In this document: in pieces, positions 61,920-64,000 of the stretch
Position numbering within the stretch: position 1 is the first letter of the stretch
Layout: each line of letters starts with the position of its first letter
IMG/VR virus record: IMGVR_UViG_3300035659_000003
Location: 1-64,000 of that record
Strand: one strand, 5' to 3'
Length of the DNA: 64,000 nt
Origin: a virus
The notes under the pieces: model-generated
The model's input: only the letters and a program-made list of their open reading frames with translations
What the model was told of the DNA's origin: nothing
Databases searched by the model: none
Program-made: the position numbers and the translations under genes

Positions 61920-64000
61920 TTATTCTGGGGATTTTTTAGGGTTCTTCCGACGAACAGGCCGGAATGTGGGCCGTGCCTTCCGATAGATCAGGAAGCAGCG
62001 GCAGTTAGACCGGCAGATCGTGCTGCCGTCTCGGGGTAGGCGGGGCATCCGGTTGGCGGGCCAGGGGCTCTGCGTGGCCATCTCCAGGCACGTAGCACAG
62101 TGCTCAGCGCCAAGGGTCAGCTTCCAGTGGGCCTTCATCTGCGGCAGGTTCTCCGAGACGGTCTGATGATACAGTCCGGCGGAGCCGTCCGCGTAGAGCT
62201 TGGCGCGCCAGATGGCCTGCTTCTCGGTCTTGACCTTGCCCGCCGCCAGATCGTCGCGGAAGCCGTCGAGGTAGTGGTGCTGATGTCTCAACTCGGCCAT
62301 GAGATTATCCCGTGCCCGCTGCCGTGCGTCCGGCGTTTCCTTGAGCCGCAGCGTCGAGGCGTAGGCCGACTTGCCATAGAGGTCATCAACCGCCGCGCGC
62401 ATCTGTGCGTGCCAGGTATCCACGTCGCCTTCGCCGCGCCACAGGGCACACGTTGCGGTCTCCATTGCCTTCTTCGTGCGCCCGATCTCCATGTTGACGC
62501 GCTCAAGCGGGGAGGGCCACCGGCGCTTGCCTCGCTTGTCCAGCTTAAAGTACACGCGGGAGGGCAGATCGGAGTCCACGGCGGTGCGGGCCTTGTTGAT
62601 GCCCATCGCTGCTAGGCGCATCAGCATCTCTGCATGCGCGATTTCCGCCAGGGTAATAGGCGCATTCCGGCTGTCCTGCACGTCCTGAGAACCAGCAACA
62701 CCCTGGTTCGTGGTGACGATCCCCGTCGTGACTTCCGGTGCGTTGCCGGTGTGGGCACGAGAATCCATCGGCTCGGTTGGCGCGCCCTTCTCAACCTCCC
62801 CACCTACGAATATCTGGATGTGCCGCCCGTCCGAGGTGGTCACGAACTTGCGGGGGGCGATCCCCAGCTCCTCACCGAAGTCCTTGTTCAGGGTATCCGC
62901 CTCGTCCTCGACGGGGTTCCACTCAAGCAGCTCCGCGATAGCGTCGTAAAGCCCCGAGAAGCGCCGCTTAAACTTAGTAGGGCTTATCGTCATGTATGCC
63001 ACGCACTCGGCGAACATCTCCGCCGAACTGTCGCGCCCGTAGTGACTCGGGAGACCGCGTGCCGTCTCCTGCGCCGCGTGGAAGGCATCGAGCCAGGTGT
63101 CAGAATTAGAGAAGCGACGCTCCGTGCCATCGTCCATGACATGAGCATACTCGTGGGCGATCACCGCCCGCATGGTGTCATAGGGGCCAGAGGGAAGCTC
63201 TCCCCCCATCGCGCTCCCCCACGACTGGGCGTCGAGGGTCAGGACACTGACCTCCGCCTCATCATATCCGACGTAGGTCATGCCCGCCGCCTTGCCCACG
63301 TCGTCTGGAGACAGCTCGCCCGCTTCTGCCAGATCTTCCATAGCACGTCTCATATCGTCGCGGGAGTAGGTGTGCCAGACCGCATTAGGTACGCCGTGCG
63401 GTGCGGGCATCAGCACCAGCACCTCAGCGACGATGGGCTGATCCTGAACGTAGACATCAGCGAAGTCATGCTGCTCGGCGATCTTGAGCGCGGTGAATAG
63501 CTCGTGGATTTTCTTCGGTATTGCCTCCCCGCCATGCCGGTTGATGTCGCGGATATGGCGAATCAGGGCGCTCCGTCGGACGTGGGCACCTCCGTGCTTG
63601 CCATGCTTCTTCTGATCATGCTTGCCTGGAAGGTGCTTCTCGACCCCACTCGCAGGCTGCAACGCGAACACATCATGCGTCTGCTTTGTCCAGTCGGCAT
63701 TATGCATGTCCTCGTCCAGCCACACGGCCTCTTGTGCGGCGAGTTCGATATTGTGATGCCGCATATCCTGCTCGAAGCGCTCCTCCCACGCCGGTAGTTC
63801 CTGCCCTCCAGCACGCCGAGCAACGACATCAATTTCCCCGCCGATGACTAGCATCTCATACTCTTCGGCGCAGCCAGGCCCTGTGCGGAACGTCGAAAAG
63901 ATCTTATCACGAGGCACGCGGGCGGCAACCAGCATCTGCTCTTCCTCATGGTGTATAGCAAAGCGCGTTGCAACCGAGTACTCGCTGGCGAAGGACGACA
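61920..64000 (-). CDS. MuF-type head morphogenesis protein with ART-like and zincin metallopeptidase domains (5' truncated)
   Basis: Frame open to the window edge; SSFAS...ATRFA...EEYE; AHEYAH...Y...AEMFAE; EHCATC...CRSNCRC. Confidence 0.75.
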   Translation of the reverse strand, partial: SSFASEYSVATRFAIHHEEEQMLVAARVPRDKIFSTFRTGPGCAEEYEMLVIGGEIDVVARRAGGQELPAWEERFEQDMRHHNIELAAQEAVWLDEDMHNADWTKQTHDVFALQPASGVEKHLPGKHDQKKHGKHGGAHVRRSALIRHIRDINRHGGEAIPKKIHELFTALKIAEQHDFADVYVQDQPIVAEVLVLMPAPHGVPNAVWHTYSRDDMRRAMEDLAEAGELSPDDVGKAAGMTYVGYDEAEVSVLTLDAQSWGSAMGGELPSGPYDTMRAVIAHEYAHVMDDGTERRFSNSDTWLDAFHAAQETARGLPSHYGRDSSAEMFAECVAYMTISPTKFKRRFSGLYDAIAELLEWNPVEDEADTLNKDFGEELGIAPRKFVTTSDGRHIQIFVGGEVEKGAPTEPMDSRAHTGNAPEVTTGIVTTNQGVAGSQDVQDSRNAPITLAEIAHAEMLMRLAAMGINKARTAVDSDLPSRVYFKLDKRGKRRWPSPLERVNMEIGRTKKAMETATCALWRGEGDVDTWHAQMRAAVDDLYGKSAYASTLRLKETPDARQRARDNLMAELRHQHHYLDGFRDDLAAGKVKTEKQAIWRAKLYADGSAGLYHQTVSENLPQMKAHWKLTLGAEHCATCLEMATQSPWPANRMPRLPRDGSTICRSNCRCFLIYRKARPTFRPVRRKNPKKSPE

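Noticed and set aside
145-63797. Numerous plus-strand ORFs in the track (e.g. 38250-39056, 62634-63500, 5309-5980)
   Set aside because: Antisense shadows of GC-rich minus-strand genes; no recognisable motifs or RBS-coupled packing
1-64000. Stop-codon reassignment, or prophage integration module
   Set aside because: Genes pack tightly under the standard code; no integrase, repressor or host genes visible in the window

Overview
This 64 kb window is an internal segment of a large, GC-rich tailed bacteriophage genome (Caudoviricetes, probably siphovirus-like). Essentially all credible genes are on the minus strand, and the plus-strand ORFs look like shadows. Read in the direction of transcription (64000 to 1), it contains five blocks. 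(1) A 5'-truncated MuF-type head protein carrying ADP-ribosyltransferase-like and HExxH metallopeptidase domains. (2) Small accessory and nucleotide-metabolism genes: RAMA/DUF2924, dATP/dGTP diphosphohydrolase, a ClpP-like protein, a HAD nucleotidase, HIT-like, NDT, SWIM and a lipoprotein. (3) Fibre and baseplate-like genes plus a glycoside-hydrolase lysin, followed by an HNH gene overlapping tandem tRNA-Ala/tRNA-Pro. (4) Scaffold, HK97-fold capsid, duplicated decoration-like genes, head-tail and tail genes with a -1 frameshifted tail chaperone, and a 26-Cys lysozyme-like/M23 hydrolase. (5) A bacterial-type replication module (UDG-PolA, DnaB, primase, ECF-like sigma, SSB, RecA, Vsr-like and Cas4-like nucleases), a second ClpP, many Zn-finger microproteins and the terminase large subunit. 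The most notable unexplained signals are five dispersed ECF-type promoter elements (GTAAC-N16-CGTC and GTGACC-N16-CGTC) alongside a phage sigma with a degenerate region 4, several structured intergenic RNAs (one displays an anti-Shine-Dalgarno loop after the capsid gene), non-canonical tRNAs, and a multi-effector MuF protein. All functional calls come from motif recognition by eye; no searches were run.
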